DNA of 63,708 nucleotides from an uncultured delta proteobacterium. Lineage in GTDB: Bacteria > Desulfobacterota > Desulfobacteria > Desulfobacterales > JAFDCJ01. Below, in pieces: positions 30,726 through 40,726 of this stretch; positions within the stretch are counted from its first letter, which is position 1, and the number at the start of each line of letters is the position of its first letter. Location: NCBI GenBank assembly GCA_963769935.1, contig CAVYNY010000027.1, forward strand, positions 1-63,708. The letters run 5' to 3'. Below the pieces are notes generated by a model. That model was not told where the DNA came from. It did no database searches and worked only from the letters and a program-made list of their open reading frames with translations. A program made the position numbers and the translations under genes.

Positions 30726-32051
30726 CTAGGAATCCATGGCGAGCCTGATGCCGGTACACTGGAAACGAGTTGCCGGATGCCAAAAATTGCGGTAGCTGAT
30801 TCGGATGTGATCTCTTGGCGTGGCCCACGAGCCGCCCCTCAGGACTCGCTGGTTGTCCATAAATTTACCATTGTATTCGACCAGACCCCCGGGAAACGGC
30901 TCGAAACGTGGATATGGTTCATAATGACTGGCGGTCCATTCCCATACATCGCCGAACATCTGACGGACCTGTCCGGCGGTACTTGACCGAGCCCCGACGA
31001 CATGATAACGGTGATCTTCGATGAAATTGCCGCTTTCAATCGGCTCGGCCGACGTCCGGGCGGCCTGCTCCCATTCATATTCGGTGGCAAGCCGGATTCG
31101 GCCATGTGCAGAGTTGTGTGCCTTCCACTGCGCAAAAGCGTCGGCTTCGTAGAAACTTATGTGGCAAACCGGTTCGTCCAAAGCTAAGGGCCGCCATCCG
31201 GCCAGAGTATAATTCCACCATTCGCCGTTTCGTTCTTCCCAGTACAGCGGAGCATGCCAACCCTGTTTTTCTTTTTCATACCACCCGTTGGAAAGCCAGA
31301 GAAGGGTCTGCCCATAACCGTTGTCCTGGATGAATTCCAGAAATTCAGCGTTTGTAACCAGGCGGTCCATTATCGAAAAATCTTCAATGTGCCGCCGGTG
31401 AATGCCGTACTCGTTGTCCCAGCCCCAATCGCCTTCCAGGTTGCCGAATTCAAAGCTGCCGCCGTCTACCGGTAAAAAGCGGGACCGAGTATCGGCAGGT
31501 GGTGATTCCTCGGGGGTGAGAGCCGGTTGATACCGAAGCAAATCGGAGCGGGCGTCGGCAAAGTAAATCTGTTTGATTTCAGTGTAAAACAGCTCCTGAT
31601 GTTGCTGTTCATGGTTTACCCCGACAGTGGTTAAAAACGCAAGGTTATCCCCCCGACGATCCGGGCGATCCGGACCATCGCGAAGCAGTTTAATCATTTT
31701 TTCGTCCACCTGGTTTCGGTAATCGAAAACCTCCTGGTTTTCGGGTCTTGACTGCAACCCGCGGCGTCCCCGTTCCAGCATCGGACCCTGGTAGTGATAA
31801 TAGGAGTTCAGTTTGTATTCGTATTCCGTCGTAAAAGGAACATCAAGACGGAGGGGCCGCAGAATGTTGAGCGCATAAAACCAGGTAGTGTGAGCTAGAT
31901 TCCACCAGGGGGGACTCACATCTTCAACCGGCTGAAGCCGGTATTCCGGGGCCGACAATGGTCGGCACATTTCTACACTTGCATGGCGAACCGCTTGATA
32001 TTTATCGATTAACGCCTTACTTTCCTTTTCCATGTCTTGTCGATCCCGCAT
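30726..32051 (-). CDS. egtB: Ergothioneine sulfoxide synthase
   Basis: DVSP..LAHTTWF, HEQQHQE iron motif, GDVWEWT, EYNGKFM, LRGGS; upstream of egtD. Confidence 0.88.
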   Translation of the reverse strand: MRDRQDMEKESKALIDKYQAVRHASVEMCRPLSAPEYRLQPVEDVSPPWWNLAHTTWFYALNILRPLRLDVPFTTEYEYKLNSYYHYQGPMLERGRRGLQSRPENQEVFDYRNQVDEKMIKLLRDGPDRPDRRGDNLAFLTTVGVNHEQQHQELFYTEIKQIYFADARSDLLRYQPALTPEESPPADTRSRFLPVDGGSFEFGNLEGDWGWDNEYGIHRRHIEDFSIMDRLVTNAEFLEFIQDNGYGQTLLWLSNGWYEKEKQGWHAPLYWEERNGEWWNYTLAGWRPLALDEPVCHISFYEADAFAQWKAHNSAHGRIRLATEYEWEQAARTSAEPIESGNFIEDHRYHVVGARSSTAGQVRQMFGDVWEWTASHYEPYPRFEPFPGGLVEYNGKFMDNQRVLRGGSWATPRDHIRISYRNFWHPATRFQCTGIRLAMDS

Positions 32052-32414
32052 TTTGATTTCCCCTAGATCGATTGAAATTCATATTATTTGAAGAATACAT
32101 GTATTTACTCCTGCATAGAATTTAAATGGGGTCTATTACCTATTTGCTTCTAAAAATTGTAGTATGCACACAAGCGAGGGAAATAAACGGTGGTTTGTAT
32201 CAAGAAAGACCCAGGCGTGCTAACAAACGAAAGTTTCTCTGTGGGGTATTTGAGAAAGCCTCGGGCCTGGTCCAATCAGTTCATAACAGATCGTGGGGTC
32301 AAAGATGTACAGTATGTACTTCAAAAATACATGATCTACCCCATTTACCTGCTTCAAATTAAAATTAGCTTTCAAGTCAGATAATTAGGTTGATGTCACC
32401 GCATTGCTGTTGCC

Positions 32415-32586
32415 AGGCAGACGCGCACGAAGCCCGCATCCGCAGCGGAGCTCGCAGCGGTGTCAACGGTACGCCGTCATTTTTCATCAACGGCGCCGGG
32501 TGCGATGTAATGGTGGAGGTCGAGCAGCTTCTCGCGGCCCTTACCGGGAATCGGGATGATTCAAACGGGACGCCGCGGATGGAATG
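32415..32586 (+). pseudogene. DsbA/thioredoxin-4 C-terminal fragment
   Basis: SGARSGVNGTPSFFING. Confidence 0.65.
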
Positions 32587-32664
32587 AAACGAAGTCTTCA
32601 ATGCCATCAGCTTTGGCAGGCCATTTTCAGGCCAATCTTGTCCAAGGAAGTCGACTGGAAGCGT

Positions 32665-32783
32665 TTCGCAGCGTTCTCGAAGGCGCCATCCCGGCAGCTC
32701 TCATGGCCATTGTTCCACAGGGACTCTTCTCCGTCTTTGATCGATTCATCATCTCTTGATGGCTTCGACTAAGGCCGGCATAG
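32665..32783 (+). pseudogene. C-terminal fragment of a quaternary-amine ABC permease
   Basis: VLEGAIPAALMAIVPQGLF. Confidence 0.55.
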
Positions 32784-32860
32784 CCGGGCACATTTCAACA
32801 AATTGAACAATTTGATGCAAACCGGAAACTATCCAACCCCAAATTCAAAGGAGAAAATGT

Positions 32861-33145
32861 ATGAGCCAGCCATGTGAACATCTTAAGAACGTTGCCGAGG
32901 CCAACTTTGCTTCTCCTCGCGTGCCAATCGCCTGCGAAGAATGCCTGAAAGAAGGCACTCGGTGGGTTTCGCTGCGCCAGTGCATGACCTGCGGCCATGT
33001 GGGCTGTTGCGACTCGTCGCCCGGCAAACACGCGACAAGGCATTTCCGCAAAACACAGCATCCAGTGATGCGTTCGGTTATGCCCGGAGACCGATGGACC
33101 TGGTGCTACGTGCACGAAGTCGCCGGCGAGCTGGGTGATGTATAG
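32861..33145 (+). CDS. UBP-type zinc finger protein
   Basis: CEEC...LRQCMTCGHVGCCDSSPGKHATRHF...WCYVH. Confidence 0.88.
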   Translation: MSQPCEHLKNVAEANFASPRVPIACEECLKEGTRWVSLRQCMTCGHVGCCDSSPGKHATRHFRKTQHPVMRSVMPGDRWTWCYVHEVAGELGDV

Positions 33146-33481
33146 GAAGCCCTCGACGTTCGTCGACGCGAGCGATTTGAAGTCCTCGGCCGTGTAGTCT
33201 GTGAACGGCTTGGTGAAGAAGATGCCGGCGTTATTGACCAGTGCATCGATCGACTTGAAGCGCGACAGCGCCGTCTCGACGATCTTGGCGGCAGTTGCCG
33301 GCTCGCCAATGTGGCCATCCACCAGAGCGACCTGGTGGGAAGACGCTACCTCGGTGGATTGGGTCACCTTCCGGGAATTGGCAACGACGTTTAAACCCCG
33401 TTCGATAAACCCTTTCACGATTCCCGCACCGATGCCCTGTGAAGCCCCGGTCACGATAACTGTTTTCGGTGTATTTGCCAT
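33125..33481 (-). pseudogene. SDR oxidoreductase, N-terminal half only
   Basis: TGASQGIG, LVNNAG; breaks at YITQLA where it abuts the zinc-finger gene. Confidence 0.85.
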
Positions 33482-33785
33482 TACCATTGCATCAAAACGA
33501 CCCGTTTGCGAAATCATCGCCCAGTTATGTCAGGCATACTGAAGCTTCAGTGAAGATCGGGCTGCCGGCTTCGCGGCTTGTTGAAAATATCGTCCGTAAA
33601 TTCACGGTCAGTCCGACTTCGTTGCGACGCTTTCAACCATCGGCCAAAATTTGCTCCCGAACAGAAAATCATTTTAAGAATCGGCTAACATCAAACAGTC
33701 TGCTGCCATTGCAAAGATATCACTCGTTGTCTCACTACTTTTTCGACTTTCCTCGCATGTCGACATCCCTGAGCTCCTTGAGTTC

Positions 33786-33899
33786 CTATGCTTTTATGAA
33801 CTCTAGCAGATCCTCATTCACCTTGTCCTTGTGGGTGGTGCACAGGCCGTGCAGCGCGCCCTTATAAACCTTCAGCCTCCCTTTCTCAACGAGCTTAAC
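33786..33899 (-). pseudogene. C-terminal fragment of a non-heme haloperoxidase-type alpha/beta hydrolase
   Basis: [29 protein letters not shown]. Confidence 0.75.
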
Positions 33900-33979
33900 A
33901 ATGATTACGGCTTTATTATTATTGGCTGTATTCACCGTAATACTCCCTTCCTATAACTATTTAATGTTCCGACTACTAA

Positions 33980-34135
33980 GGGCTCACTCAAAAATAACTT
34001 CACATTTTATACGCCGATGCATCTCTTACGGCTGCGTTGCGAAAGCTCGGAATATCCAGATATTCCTGCGTTTTCGCGCCTTGCCGGAAGAGCGCCTCAA
34101 CACCTAAAACTGTGAATTAATTTTTTCGTGAACCC
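33980..34135 (-). mobile_element. 156-bp MITE, inverted copy
   Basis: Reverse complement of 29415-29570, flanked by TAA/TAA. Confidence 0.85.
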
Positions 34136-34508
34136 TAAGAAAATTGCGTATTTTTTTAATAATCTCGACATGGTCTTCTTCAAGTGCAAAATGACCTGTA
34201 TTAAGAATGTTGTAATCTATATCCTTCTTTTTTATAAGCAGCATTTAAAAATCAGCTATAATCTTTTGGGCCGGTTGCTGTTATGTTTTTATCTTTTACC
34301 TAAACCGGTCCCCGCGATTCTTCGGTCACGATTTTTTGAAAATCACCAAAGCCGATGAAGCCAAGGACGGTCTCCAGGTAGTATATCTGGAGGCCGTATT
34401 CATTCATACCGCTGTCATGCCCGTATGCTCCAGTATGGCTGTAAACGACTAGGGAGGGAACTATATGTCCACCTGAATGAGGATTTTTCTTTGAATCAGG
34501 TATTTTCG

Positions 34509-34642
34509 TTCTCTCATGCAAACGGGATTGATTTTGTATTAATCACTTCTCAGCCGACCCGCTGCCGGGATCAGTCTGATTTTAATGTAGGTGTTTGTCT
34601 GACAAAGATGCTCCCATGCAGCTTTCTTAAAAGAGTGTTTTT
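34509..34642. repeat. ~135-bp dispersed repeat R2 (second copy 39612-39745)
   Basis: ttctctcaYgca...ttaatcac...gctgccgggatcaRtcYgattttWatgtaggtgtttgtctgacaa...cccatgcagctt...agtgttttt. Confidence 0.85.
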
Positions 34643-34664
34643 AGCAGTAATTTTTATAATCTAA

Positions 34665-34742
34665 AGTTAATAACCAAGCTCAGCCGCGAGCGTGCCGGAG
34701 CGAATCGCAGGTAAGACCAACTGCTGGAGAGGCTTGTTAGAC
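34665..34742 (-). other. attC-like site downstream of the SRPBCC gene
   Basis: Minus strand GTCTAAC-AAGCCTCTCCAGC...GCTGAGCTTGGTT-ATTAAC (R' degenerate), 7 nt after the stop codon. Confidence 0.6.
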
Positions 34743-34749
34743 GCATTGG

Positions 34750-35196
34750 CTAGTCTGGAATTTCCGGCTCGACAAGTTTCGCCAGTAAAGCGAGCGACTC
34801 CTGCCAGCCGAGATAGCAAGCGTCAGTGGGAATGACTTCGGGGATGCCTTCTTGCACGATGTTTAACTCAGCCCCACAGGGTACTTTCTTCAAGGTTATC
34901 GTTGTTTGCATTTCTCCGGCCAAGTTCGGATCGTCGAATTTCGACGTATAACGAATGCGGTCGTGTGGCGCAAGTTCGAGATATGTGCCGCCGAAAGAGT
35001 GGCTGTGGCCTGTGGTGAAGTTCGTGAACGACATCTTATAGGTTCCGCCGACTTTGGCGTCCATATGGTACACCATGCCGGTGAACCCGTTCGGCGGAAG
35101 CCATTTGGCCATGGCGTCCGCGTCAAGGAACGCTCGGTAGATTTTTTCAGGCGTCGCACGGAGCACGCGGTGAAACTTGACGATGTTGGTGGGCAT
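34750..35196 (-). CDS. SRPBCC (AHSA1-like) family protein
   Basis: AKWLPPNGFTG, VGGTYKMSFTNF, CYLGWQESL. Confidence 0.88.
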   Translation of the reverse strand: MPTNIVKFHRVLRATPEKIYRAFLDADAMAKWLPPNGFTGMVYHMDAKVGGTYKMSFTNFTTGHSHSFGGTYLELAPHDRIRYTSKFDDPNLAGEMQTTITLKKVPCGAELNIVQEGIPEVIPTDACYLGWQESLALLAKLVEPEIPD

Positions 35197-35295
35197 GAGC
35201 ATATCTCCCTTCTATGAGTAGTGCATGAAGCTGGTATGCGTCGGAAGTGGCATGTAGTAATCGAACAAGTTGACTCAAATTCGACAGCACCCAGC

Positions 35296-35352
35296 GACTA
35301 ACACTCAGATCAGAGACCGGCAAAGCCGGTCCCCTGCAGCGCCTTGCTGGGC
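35296..35352 (-). other. 57-bp attC-like site
   Basis: Minus strand GCCCAGC-AAGGCGCTGCAGGGGACCGG-CTTTG-CCGGTCTCTGATCTGAGT-GTTAGTC. Confidence 0.7.
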
Positions 35353-35451
35353 AAGCACATTCTGTATTGCTATGTGAGCTGCATGCGAGCAAATTTCCAC
35401 AGCCAGACGTGACTGCGCAGTAGTTGTGTTCATATGTCCTCCCGGCAATAT

Positions 35452-35748
35452 TTAGTTCGGGCGCACGTAGCGAAGCATGATGTCGCCCGACTGGTAATGC
35501 TTGGCCTCTAAGAGATCCAGCCTTGATTTCTTTGACACCCCGCTGAGCAAGCTCCGGCCGTTTCCGAGCAGGATCGGGCAGAAGACGAACTGATATTCGT
35601 CGATCAAACCATGCTGCGTAAGCTGCGACACAATTGAGCCGCTACCAAAGATGATCATGTCTTTGCCAGGCTGCATCTTCATGGTCTCAATGTCCCGCGG
35701 ATCGAGTTCGTGGAGGACGCGGGAATTCTTCCACATAACGTTTTTCAA
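35452..35748 (-). pseudogene. RibD/DHFR-family protein, C-terminal fragment
   Basis: GKDMIIFGSGSIV, LIDEYQF, PILLGNGR. Confidence 0.8.
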
Positions 35749-35811
35749 CTTTTGTCTTTCTTGACCCGCGCCTTAGTGGCTATCCGCCCGTCCCATGTTG
35801 GTCGACCTGCC

Positions 35812-36267
35812 TTACGGCTTAACGGGGGTCCGACTTGGAATCGCAATTCTGTTCATAACATTAATTACAACGCCTATCCATTCAACGGCGGTGATCTCTT
35901 CATTGGAAAGTACCCCAACCGCCTGATTGTAGACGGAATCTGGGACCTGACCATCTGCAATTAAGGTAATAGCCTCGATAAGCGCGAGCGCCGCACGCTC
36001 TTTGTCAGTGAAGTACTCGGTTTCCCGCCAGGCGGGTAATACGCTGATGCGATCAGTGGTCTCGCCGCTTGAAAGGGCCTCCCGTGTATGCAGTCTGACG
36101 CAGTAGGCACACCGGTTCAGTTGCGACGCGCGGAGACGCAAAAGGTGTGCAAATCCCACGCTGATTCCAGCGGACGAAGCGTACTCACTTGTCTGCCGTT
36201 CAAGCTTGACAGCGGCTTGAAATAGCTCCGGTGCGGACTTGCTGAGGCTGACTCTGGGATTACCCAT
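35812..36267 (-). CDS. Carboxymuconolactone decarboxylase/AhpD family protein
   Basis: LRASQLNRCAYCVRLH, WRETEYFTDKERAAL. Confidence 0.9.
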   Translation of the reverse strand: MGNPRVSLSKSAPELFQAAVKLERQTSEYASSAGISVGFAHLLRLRASQLNRCAYCVRLHTREALSSGETTDRISVLPAWRETEYFTDKERAALALIEAITLIADGQVPDSVYNQAVGVLSNEEITAVEWIGVVINVMNRIAIPSRTPVKP

Positions 36268-36319
36268 GTGTTATCCTTTTATTTCCTATGCTAACTTTGT
36301 CCCAAATCATGTACAGACT

Positions 36320-37927
36320 TCATTCCGCTCCTACGTGGACACCTTTTTCGGCTACCGAGCGCTTCATGAAAAACACGAGGGGCACCAGGGCGAGTACAAT
36401 CACGGCGAATACCCAGAAGCAGTCGAAATACGCCAGCGACGACGCCTGCTGGCTGCGCAGGATAGCGAGACCCTGCCAGGCCATCTGTCCAGACAGTGAT
36501 GGATCGCCGGTCTGCCCGAGAAAAAACGTGCGCAAATGATGGATAAAGGCGTGTACCGCCGGGTTGAAAGGATCAAGGTATTCTCCCAGACGCAGGCTGT
36601 GAAATTGGACCAAACGCTCGTGAAGCGTCTGAGCGAGTGACGTACCCACACTGCCCCCCTCCGTGCGCAACAGGCTGAGCAGGCCGACCGCGGCCCCGCG
36701 CAGCATCTTGGGCGTATACAGGTAGGCGGCAACGTTCAGCGGAGCAAAGCACATCGAAAGGCCCATAACCGTCAGAACCCTGGGCAAAACCACAAATTCC
36801 GGGCTGATGCTCAGATTCATCTGCGACATCCAGTAGTTGCCGGCCCCCATGACGAGCAGGCCCGACAGGATGATCCAGCGTGCGTCCTTTCCCCGGCCGA
36901 GCAGGAAGGCGATGACGGGCATCAGGAGAATCGCAAACAGGCCCGCCGGCGACATGACCAGTCCCGCGTTCAGCGCGTCATAGCCGAAAAGCGACTGCAG
37001 CAGGGCCGGCAGTGTCGTACTCGCGCCATATAGCACCGCGTAAGCAGAAAAGATAAGGATACACGAAAGCAGGAAGTTGCGTTCGCCCAAGGGCCGAAAA
37101 TTAACCACTGGACTCCGGTGGCGCATCTCCCAGACGATCAGGCCGCCCAAGGCCGCCAGGAAAAGAACCAACAGTGTTTGTACCCGCCAAAAGGGATCGC
37201 CCAGCCAGTCCCACTCCTGCCCCTTGCTGAGCAGGACTTCCCAGCAGGCCATGGTGATGAGAAGCAATCCCAGACCGATTGCGTCAAACTGAAGCGGTCG
37301 TTTCTTCAATTCGGCGCGCTGAGTCCGCAGGTATTCGGGGTCTTGCAGCAGGGCATAGCAGCCTGCCAAAGCCAGAATGCCGATCGGGACATTGATATAG
37401 AATGTCCACCGCCAGGAGTAATTGTCGGTGATCCAGCCGCCGAGGGTAGGACCGAGCACCGGTGCGATGAGCGCCGCAAAGCCGAACAGCGTCATCGCCG
37501 CACCCTGCTTCTCTTGCGGGAAAGCGTCAAGCAGCACCCCCTGGCTGCAGGGCTGCAGACCGCCGCCGGCCAGACCCTGCAGCACACGGAATATGATCAG
37601 CTGGGCCAGGCTGGTGGACATACCGCACAGAGCCGAGCTGAAAGTGAAAAGCGCTATCGACAGCAGAAAGTAGTTGCGACGGCCGAGGTGAGCGGCCAGC
37701 CAGCCGGTGATCGGCAAAACGACGGCATTGGCGGCCAGGTAACTCGTGATGACCCATTCGCCGTCATCGACGGTTGCCGAAAGACCTCCGGCGATGTAAC
37801 GCAGAGCAACCACGGCAATCGTTGTATCCAACACCTCCATAAAAGTCGGTACCACCACAACGGCGGCAATCAGCCATGGATTTGCCGCCAGGCGGCTCGG
37901 CGGGTATGGAAGTGTCAGGTCGCTCAA
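36320..37927 (-). CDS. DHA2 (EmrB/QacA) MFS efflux permease
   Basis: FMEVLDTTI, RVLQGLAGG, GPTLGGWITDNYSWRW, GQEWDW. Confidence 0.93.
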   Translation of the reverse strand: MSDLTLPYPPSRLAANPWLIAAVVVVPTFMEVLDTTIAVVALRYIAGGLSATVDDGEWVITSYLAANAVVLPITGWLAAHLGRRNYFLLSIALFTFSSALCGMSTSLAQLIIFRVLQGLAGGGLQPCSQGVLLDAFPQEKQGAAMTLFGFAALIAPVLGPTLGGWITDNYSWRWTFYINVPIGILALAGCYALLQDPEYLRTQRAELKKRPLQFDAIGLGLLLITMACWEVLLSKGQEWDWLGDPFWRVQTLLVLFLAALGGLIVWEMRHRSPVVNFRPLGERNFLLSCILIFSAYAVLYGASTTLPALLQSLFGYDALNAGLVMSPAGLFAILLMPVIAFLLGRGKDARWIILSGLLVMGAGNYWMSQMNLSISPEFVVLPRVLTVMGLSMCFAPLNVAAYLYTPKMLRGAAVGLLSLLRTEGGSVGTSLAQTLHERLVQFHSLRLGEYLDPFNPAVHAFIHHLRTFFLGQTGDPSLSGQMAWQGLAILRSQQASSLAYFDCFWVFAVIVLALVPLVFFMKRSVAEKGVHVGAE

Positions 37928-39489
37928 GGTTTTTCCTCCACACGGCTTCCATCCATCGCACCGGATGGCACCGAGGACACATACGGCTGTAAGATCTTTC
38001 CGGCATTAGGCCCGGTTGGCGGCTTTTTGTAGTAGACGTAGGGGACCACGGACAGGCCGATAAACAGAGGGGCTTTTTGGGGATCATAATCGATGAGCTC
38101 GATGCGCACCGGCAGCCGCTGCACGACTTTAACGAAGTTACCCGTCGCGTTTTGCGCCGGTAACAACGCGAGGGTCGAACCGGTCCCCATCGTGAAACCC
38201 GAGATGCGGCCTTTGAAAATATGCCGTTTTCCATACATATCAACATAGAGATCGGCGCGCTGGCCGATGCGCAGGTCTGAAAGCTGGGTCTCCTTAAAAT
38301 TTGCATCAACCCAGACCTCCCGCAGCGAGCGAATCGCCATCAGACCTTGGCCTACTTCAACATTGTTGCCGGGGTTGACATTGCGCCGGGTGATGACGCC
38401 GTCTATCTCTGCTACGACGTCACAGTAACCAAGGTTCAGCCTGGCCACCTCCAGGTCGCGTTCGGCCTGTTGGACCTTCGCCTCGGCCTGTTTGACCTCT
38501 GGGGCTTCTTCCGCCAGCTGGGCGAAGAGAAGATCGATATTTCCATGGGGCGCACGTTGCATGAATTTGTCCAGCATTTGCTGGGGGGTTTCTTCAAAGG
38601 AATGAAAAATGCCGAGCTGGGCCGCACTCTGGATTAAATCCGCTTGCGCCTGAAGGACCGCAGAGAACGTCTGATCGAGGTCGGGCGGCACCTCTGCCAG
38701 GCTTTCGCCCTTTGGCGGCACCGCTGGCAGCCCTAGCGCCGCTCTAATCTGATAGACATTTTCCAGCGCCACCTTGACCTGTGCCTCGGCAACCGAGACA
38801 GCCTCCTGCCGCTGCTCATACTGTTCCCGGCTCATGGCGCCGGCAGGAAGCAGGCGCTTGGCACGGTCGAACTCGGCTTGCGCCCGAATCAAAACGGCTT
38901 GCCGGGACCTCAGGTCGGCAACCTTAGCCGCCAATAAGTCGACCTGGTTGTGCACTTCTTCCATTGCGCGCTGAAGCCTCCAGCGTTTGTTCCTGGCTTC
39001 CGCCAAGGTTCCGCGCGCCAGAGCCTTGGCCGCCAGCAGATCGGCCTGAGCCCGCAGCAGTGCGGCTTGTTTCACCTCGACCTGATCTTCATAAGGTTGT
39101 TTATCAAGTTCAACGAGTAAGTCGCCTTTATGCACCCTGTTATTATCGTCAACCATTACCTTCATGACCTGCCCGGCTACACGGGCGGCGACGAAGGTTA
39201 CATGGCCGTTGACGTAGGCGTCATCTGTCGAAATGGTGTTGAAAGCCCGAATCGCCGCCGGTATGGCGAAATACAGCGCAACCGCCAATGCCAGAATCCC
39301 GGCGCCTCCCTTCAGCGCCCAGCGCAGCCTTTTGCGGCGGTGACCATCAGATTGCTCGGGTTCGGTTGGAGTAGCCGTCTGCGCCGGACCGGGGCTCGAA
39401 TCGGTTGAGACCGCTTCCCTTATCGGCGGCGATTGCGGGGCAGTCTCGGTCTCAGCGCCATTGCCGGATTTGTTTTCTTCCCGGGGCAT
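37924..39489 (-). CDS. HlyD/EmrA-type membrane fusion protein
   Basis: STDDAYV, ANFKETQL, LLPAQNATGNFVKVVQRLPVRI. Confidence 0.93.
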   Translation of the reverse strand: MPREENKSGNGAETETAPQSPPIREAVSTDSSPGPAQTATPTEPEQSDGHRRKRLRWALKGGAGILALAVALYFAIPAAIRAFNTISTDDAYVNGHVTFVAARVAGQVMKVMVDDNNRVHKGDLLVELDKQPYEDQVEVKQAALLRAQADLLAAKALARGTLAEARNKRWRLQRAMEEVHNQVDLLAAKVADLRSRQAVLIRAQAEFDRAKRLLPAGAMSREQYEQRQEAVSVAEAQVKVALENVYQIRAALGLPAVPPKGESLAEVPPDLDQTFSAVLQAQADLIQSAAQLGIFHSFEETPQQMLDKFMQRAPHGNIDLLFAQLAEEAPEVKQAEAKVQQAERDLEVARLNLGYCDVVAEIDGVITRRNVNPGNNVEVGQGLMAIRSLREVWVDANFKETQLSDLRIGQRADLYVDMYGKRHIFKGRISGFTMGTGSTLALLPAQNATGNFVKVVQRLPVRIELIDYDPQKAPLFIGLSVVPYVYYKKPPTGPNAGKILQPYVSSVPSGAMDGSRVEEKP

Positions 39490-39774
39490 AAACCTTTTCT
39501 CCTTTCCAACAACGTGGTTGCACCGCCGATTTAGGTAAACTTCGGATGATGATACTTCATATTAGATGAAAACCGTCCGACCGTAGTCGACAACTGAATC
39601 GAGTTTTTCCATTCTCTCACGCAGCTGAAATTTATCTTAATTTAATCACCCTCCGAGCGACTCGCTGCCGGGATCAATCCGATTTTTATGTAGGTGTTTG
39701 TCTGACAAGCATGTACCCATGCAGCTTACTTGAAGAAGTGTTTTTGCCAAGTCGAGTCAGATTTGATCCTTCTG

Positions 39775-39990
39775 CTAACCGCCGGTTGCAAAGCCAGGGT
39801 AGAGCGTCATGCCGCCGTCGACTATCAGACTGACGCCCGTGATGTAATCGGCGTAGTCCGAGGTCAGCCAAACCGCTGTGCGGGCGATGTCTTCCGGTTC
39901 ACCTATGCGCCGATAGGGCACCAGCGTCATCAGTCTTTCGTATGCTTCAGACGTCTCCCATGCTGCGGTGTTGATCGGCGTACGGAACGG
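39775..39990 (-). pseudogene. Glucose-1-dehydrogenase-like SDR, C-terminal fragment
   Basis: RTPIN...PYRRIGEPEDIA...YITGVSLIVDGGMTLYPGFATGG. Confidence 0.85.
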
Positions 39991-40025
39991 CATTATGTCG
40001 GACCAAGCTATGTGATTGAGTTTTA

Positions 40026-40275
40026 TTAAGAAACCCGCCAAAAATACTCGTTTTTCAGTTTTAGGCGGCACTTTTCAGTATCGAAGACACGGTTGTAAGG
40101 ACTTTGAGCTTCCCTAAGCTCATATCCTTAATGGTTCGCCAACTTTCTGCGGCCTATTGCCTTTGCACCCGGTTTAGCTTTTGCTTCCATTACAAATTCT
40201 TTATCACCGACAGCGATGCTTTCCATCCATTCCGCATCGCGTTGGCTTAATCCATTTTTCATAATTTCCACCGGG
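40026..40275 (-). pseudogene. C-terminal remnant of a RAYT-type transposase
   Basis: RDAEWMESIAVGDKEFV...YELREAQSPY, internal stop. Confidence 0.55.
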
Positions 40276-40491
40276 AACGAAATGGCACATTGTCGATGGC
40301 TATCTTGACAAATCCCAATTTTCCCAATTCCAATATATGTCCGACATCGGGTATGGAAGATGAAAATAATTATGATTTTGTGCCTTTTGAATGAAGAATG
40401 ATCGGGTGTTTATATCTCTTATTTGGATAGAATTCATAGTTTTTACAGTTCATTATGACCTTGATATGACAACACCGGTAAACAGGGGGTA

Positions 40492-40553
40492 CCTTTGGGG
40501 ACGCCACACGAAAAACAGGGTCGTCAGAATTTCTGACGGCCTTTTTTTATTGC
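40492..40553 (+). repeat. att copy 2: tRNA-Glu 3' end + terminator
   Basis: cctttggggacgccac...ggtcgtcagaatttctgacggcctttttt; weaker core ctcttgaggacgcc at 40605. Confidence 0.85.
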
Positions 40554-40726
40554 TTTGCTTCAGTTTAACCATATGGTATAAGATGCCATATGGTTGCAAG
40601 GTTACTCTTGAGGACGCCGTCTTGTACCGGGAAGCTATTTGCAAGATGGTTTCTCTTATTTTTGTGAAATGCACGGAATTCAATGTGATCTGTTGCCTTT
40701 AGAAACTCTGGATGATATTATGCGTT

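Noticed and set aside
30726..32051. Selenoneine synthase SenA
   Set aside because: No senB glycosyltransferase or selD-like senC adjacent; paired with egtD.
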